This document shows positions 58,673 through 64,000 of a stretch of DNA of 64,000 nt, in pieces. Numbering within the stretch: the stretch's first letter is position 1; the number at the start of each line of letters is the position of its first letter. A program made the translations under genes and the position numbers. This DNA comes from Eledone cirrhosa (lineage: Eukaryota), in assembly GCA_964016885.1 (NCBI GenBank), contig OZ024741.1:240560001-240624000 (forward strand), written 5' to 3'. The notes beneath the pieces were generated by a model. The model saw only the letters and a list, made by a program, of their open reading frames with translations, made no database searches and was not told the origin of the DNA.

Positions 58673-61600
58673 ACACTGGATATATATTCTACCTAGTGTT
58701 CAACAGTTGACACTACACTGGATATATATTCTACTTAGTGTTCAACAGTTGACACTACACTGGATATATATTCTACCTAGTGTTCAACAGTTGACACTAC
58801 ACTGGATATATATTCTACCTAGTGTTCAACAGTTGACACTACACTGGATATATATTCTACTTAGTGTTCAACAGTTGGCACTACACTGGATATATATTCT
58901 ACTTAGTGTTCAACAGTTGACACTACACTGGATATATATTCTACTTAGTGTTCAACAGTTGGCACTACACTGGATATATATTCTACTTAGTGTTCAACAG
59001 TTGACACTACACTGGATATATATTCTACCTAGTGTTCAACAGTTGGCACTACACTGGATATATATTCTACTTAGTGTTCAACAGTTGACACTACACTGGA
59101 TATATATTCTACCTAGTGTTCAACAGTTGACACTACACTGGATATATATTCTACCTAGTGTTCAACAGTTGACACTACACTGGATATATATTCTACCTAG
59201 TGTTCAACAGTTGACACTACACTGGATATATATTCTACCTAGTGTTCAACAGTTGACACTACACTGGATATATATTCTACTTAGTGTTCAACAGTTGACA
59301 CTACACTGGATATATATTCTACTTAGTGTTCAACAGTTGACACTACACTGGATATATATTCTACCTAGTGTTCAACAGTTGACACTACACTGGATATATA
59401 TTCTACCTAGTGTTCAACAGTTGACACTACACTGGATATATATTCTACTTAGTGTTCAACAGTTGACACTACACTGGATATATATTCTTACCTAGTGTTC
59501 AACAGTTGACACTACACTGTATATATATTCTACCTAGTGTTCAACAGTTGACACTACACTGGATATATATTCTACTTAGTGTTCAACAGTTGACACTACA
59601 CTGGATATATATTCTACTTAGTGTTCAACAGTTGACACTACACTGGATATATATTCTACCTAATGTTCAACAGTTGACACTACACTGGATATATATTCTA
59701 CCTAGTGTTCAACAGTTGACACTACACTGGATATATATTCTACCTAGTGTTCAACAGTTGACACTACACTGGATATATATTCTACCTAGTGTTCAACAGT
59801 TGACACTACACTGGATATATATTCTACTTAGTGTTCAACAGTTGACACTACACTGGATATATATTCTACCTAGTATTCAACAGTTGACACTCCACTGGAT
59901 ATATATTCTACCTAGTGTTCAAACAGTTGACACTACACTGGATATATATTCTACCTAGTGTTCAACAGTTGACACTACACTGGATATATATTCTACTTAG
60001 TGTTCAACAGTTGACACTACACTGGATATATATTCTACTTAGTATTCAACAGTTGACACTCCACTGGATATATATTCTACCTAGTGTTCAACAGTTGACA
60101 CTACACTTGATATACATTCTACCTAGTGTTCAACAGTTGACACTACACTGGATATATATTCTACCTAGTATTCAACAGTTGACACTACACTGGATATATA
60201 TTCTACCTAGTGTTCAACAGTTGACACTACACTGGATATATATTCTACTTAGTGTTCAACAGTTGACACTACACTGGATATATATTCTACCTAGTGTTCA
60301 ACAGTTGACACTACACTGGATATATATTCTACCTAATGTTCAACAGTTGACACTACACTGGATATATATTCTACCTAGTGTTCAACAGTTGACACTACAC
60401 TGGATATATATTCTACCTAATGTTCAACAGTTGACACTACATTGGATATATATTCTACTTAGTGTTCAACAGTTGACACTACACTGGATATATATTCTAC
60501 CTAGTGTTCAACAGTTGACACTACACTGGATATATATTCTACCTAGTGTTCAACAGTTGACACTACACTGGATATATATTCTACCTAATGTTCAACAGTT
60601 GACACTACACTGGATATATATTCTACCTAGTGTTCAACAGTTGACACTACACTGGATATATATTCTACCTAATGTTCAACAGTTGACACTACATTGGATA
60701 TATATTCTACTTAGTGTTCAACAGTTGACACTACACTGGATATATATTCTACCTAGTGTTCAACAGTTGACACTACACTGGATATAGATTCTACTTAGTG
60801 TTCAACAGTTGACACTACACTGGATATATATTCTACTTAGTGTTCAACAGTTGACACTACACTGGATATATATTCTACCTAGTGTTCAACAGTTGACACT
60901 ACACTGGATATATATTCTACCTAATGTTCAACAGTTGACACTACATTGGATATATATTCTACTTAGTGTTCAACAGTTGACACTACACTGGATATATATT
61001 CTACCTAGTGTTCAACAGTTGACACTACACTGGATATATATTCTACTTAGTGTTCAACAGTTGACACTACACTGGATATATATTCTACTTAGTGTTCAAC
61101 AGTTGACACTACACTGGATATATATTCTACCTAGTGTTCAACAGTTGACACTACACTGGATATATATTCTACCTAATGTTCAACAGTTGACACTACATTG
61201 GATATATATTCTACTTAGTGTTCAACAGTTGACACTACACTGGATATATATTCTACCTAGTGTTCAACAGTTGACACTACACTGATATATATTCTACTTA
61301 GTGTTCAACAGTTGACACTACACTGGATATATATTCTACTTAGTGTTCAACAGTTGACACTACACTGGATATATATTCCTACTTAGTGTTCAACAGTTGA
61401 CACTACACTGGATATATATTCTACTTAGTGTTCAACAGTTGACACTACACTGGATATATATTCTAGCTAGTGTTCAACAGTTGACACTACACTGGATATA
61501 TATTCTACTTAGTGTTCAACAGTTGACACTACACTGGATATATATTCTACTTAGTGTTCAACAGTTGACACTACACTGGATATATATTCTACCTAGTGTT

Positions 61601-61950
61601 CAACAGTTTGACACTACACTGGATATATATTCTACCTAGTGTTCAACAGTTGACACTACACTGGATACATATTCTACTTAGTGTTCAACAGTTGACACTA
61701 CACTGGATATATATTCTACCTAGTGTTCAACAGTTGACACTACACTGGATATATATTCTACTTAGTGTTCAACAGTTGACACTACATTGGATATATATTC
61801 TACCTAATGTTCAACAGTTGACACTACATTGGATATATATTCTACCTAGTGTTCAACAGTTGACACTACACTGGATATATATTCTACCTAGTGTTCAACA
61901 GTTGACACTACACTGGATATATATTCTACCTAGTGTTCAACAGTTGGCAC
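58673..61950. repeat. Satellite array, 42-bp unit, ~78 copies (~3.3 kb)
   Basis: Tandem cactggatatatattctac(c/t)tagtgttcaacagttgacacta. Each unit has the internal dyad TAGTG-t-TCAAC-a-GTTGA-CACTA. Confidence 0.98.
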
Positions 61951-62049
61951 CCTGAAATGATTTAGCAGAAAGTGTCCAAAAAACAGATTTGTTAATTCAA
62001 CTGTTGATAGTATCTTTACTAGTAAGCAGACTGTTGTGGAAATCTGTAA

Positions 62050-62406
62050 TCTATAATATTATAAAGCTGAGTGTCGTGTGTATTATGTATGTATGTATGT
62101 GTCCTACACACCTCCCTATAGTTTCTTAGCTTTACTCTCTCTGTCGCTCTTCCCTCTCTCTATAATAGATCATTCCACTCCTCTATAATTTAACTGCTTT
62201 ACTCTCTCTGTCACTCTTCACTCTCAAATATTATAAAGCGTCGTCTCTCTCTATAATTTAACTGCTTTACCTCTCTGTCTCTCTTCACTCTCTATATGAC
62301 AACACTCTTTTACTTTCCGTATCTACCTTCAATATATCAATATCTATACCCAGGTTCTGCTGCACGTCGGGCTGAGGGGCCCAACTCCTCAAAGAGTTGC
62401 AGCCTG
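62050..62406 (+). mobile_element. Possible Helitron 5' end running into the gap
   Basis: A|TCTATAATATTATAAAGCTGA then (GTAT)n and short internal repeats. The 3' CTAG end is not seen. Confidence 0.4.
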
Positions 62407-62606
62407 NNNNNNNNNNNNNNNNNNNNNNNNNNNNNNNNNNNNNNNNNNNNNNNNNNNNNNNNNNNNNNNNNNNNNNNNNNNNNNNNNNNNNNNNNNNNNN
62501 NNNNNNNNNNNNNNNNNNNNNNNNNNNNNNNNNNNNNNNNNNNNNNNNNNNNNNNNNNNNNNNNNNNNNNNNNNNNNNNNNNNNNNNNNNNNNNNNNNNN
62601 NNNNNN
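62407..62606. other. Assembly gap (200 N)
   Basis: Run of N. Confidence 1.
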
Positions 62607-62974
62607 GATGAAAATCTCAACACAGGAAAAGTATTAACTTGGTTTGTACCAATTAATTGACACATAATTGGTATCGGTCATATTGACGATTAATCAGTAT
62701 TGGAGAATTTTTTTACTGATTAATTGGTTTTGATAATCAGCCATTATTGATTTTTTTGTTATTATTCACAGGCACATGTAATGGAGCAAGAAAATCAAGA
62801 AAAAACTTTGGATTCAATGTGTAGAAATACATAAGAAATGTATATTATTTCCTAGGACACTCAATATAAGCCCACCAGTGTAACACAACTCTGTTCCAAG
62901 TGCTTGAACATGTTGATTTACACGATTGGAAATTTCATGAGACTGGCCAGCTGTAACTTTCTGTAGGTTAGAAG

Positions 62975-63242
62975 ACAGTCAATCGACAAGATCCCAGACC
63001 TCATTTGCTTAACAAGTGTGGTGGACCTTGTCAAATGAGACCAAGGAAACAATGTCTCCATTGGTTTTTTTCCAATTGCTAATACTATCCGGTCACTAAT
63101 ACTATACTGATCCAGGCAGAAAGAGCAACATGAAATAAAGTGACTTGCTCAAGGACTTAACGCATTGCCTGGTCTGGGAATTGAACTGACAACCTCATGA
63201 TTGGGAATCCAATTCTCTAACCACTCAGCCATGTGCCTTCAC
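62975..63242 (-). mobile_element. tRNA-derived SINE (same family as 29300-29521)
   Basis: A box TGGCTGAGTGG, B box GTTCAATTCC and gtccttgagcaagtcactttatttcatgttgct. Confidence 0.8.
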
Positions 63243-63576
63243 TGCAGTTTAAAGAGTGTTAATTAGAAGAGAGACCCTCCTACCCACCTGAGAGTATGCT
63301 TGATATTTTAAAAAGGAACTAATCTAAAAATTATGAAGATTCTGATTACATGTTTCTTTAAAGGTATTCCCAAATCTTTCCAATAATAAGGTTTCCAGTT
63401 ATCTTACTCAAACAAAATATAAAACTTAATCATCAAATTTAAGATCTCGTGAATTACAATGTAAAAACATCACAATTTCTCTAATTTCAAAACATAGTTG
63501 ACCCTTTACATCATAGAGTAAAACCAGCCTAGATTTGTCATCATTTGCTCTCAAATAGTAACTCAATAATTGTGGT

Positions 63577-63835
63577 TCTTCTTCTTCTTTGCCGACTTAT
63601 TCCTGAGAGGGCTGTGGAGGCAGAGTCCTCAAACACTCTTTCCAGCAGATCCTGTCAGAAGCAAACGTCTCCAACTGATCCGGCTGGATCCCCAAATGTG
63701 ACCATCCAAACTCATGGATGTTATCCAACCATCTTGCTCAGGGTCTACCCTTGGGTTTCCTACCTGTTAGTTTTGCCCGTATAATCTGTCCAGTGATTCT
63801 TTCCTGAGACATTCTAACCACATGCCCATAGTATG
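63577..63835 (-). mobile_element. Rex3/Expander-like RTE 3' fragment (same family as 17295-17540)
   Basis: Aligns by eye with 17305-17545 and has a (GAA)n tail on the minus strand. Confidence 0.8.
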
Positions 63836-64000
63836 AAATATAATATATTATTTACATTTAATTATAATATACCTTTTTATATCACAATACATAATTACAT
63901 TATAGATAGACAGTAGATGATTAATTTGTTTCAGTTGATGAGGTGCAGCTGTTTAATCAGTAATCAGTAAATGACCACTTTGTTTATTGGTGGATCCTTA

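Noticed and set aside
58707-61955. Long ORFs of repeated LHWIYILPSVQQLT
   Set aside because: A by-product of a 42-bp unit with one stop-free frame. It has repeated frameshifts, no ATG start context and no unique domain.
62285-62665. ORFs spanning the N run
   Set aside because: Artefacts of the assembly gap.

Overview
AT-rich, microsatellite-dense eukaryotic intergenic or intronic DNA. The SINE, LINE and satellite repertoire resembles an octopod cephalopod genome (inference). I could not support any host gene, rRNA, tRNA gene or CRISPR array. The window is a mosaic of non-LTR retrotransposons: several RTE families (one with an uninterrupted RT ORF carrying a C4HC3 PHD-type finger) and a near-full-length CR1-group LINE. 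It also holds tRNA-derived SINEs, small Tc1/mariner, piggyBac-like, hAT-like and Helitron elements, two large satellites (22-bp and 42-bp units) and a 200-N gap. The most striking hidden layer is a dispersed set of Penelope-like (PLE) pseudo-LTR remnants. Two carry complete type I hammerhead ribozyme cores whose stem II is expanded by about 70-125 nt (15533-15698, 28421-28537). About nine 'fold-back hairpin + one-sided tail' mini-elements sit in (TA)n tracts, several turning back just upstream of the hammerhead GAAA. A decayed GIY-YIG fragment is also present. Three RTE copies show twin-priming-type 5' inversions. All calls come from manual reading, so boundaries of decayed elements are approximate.
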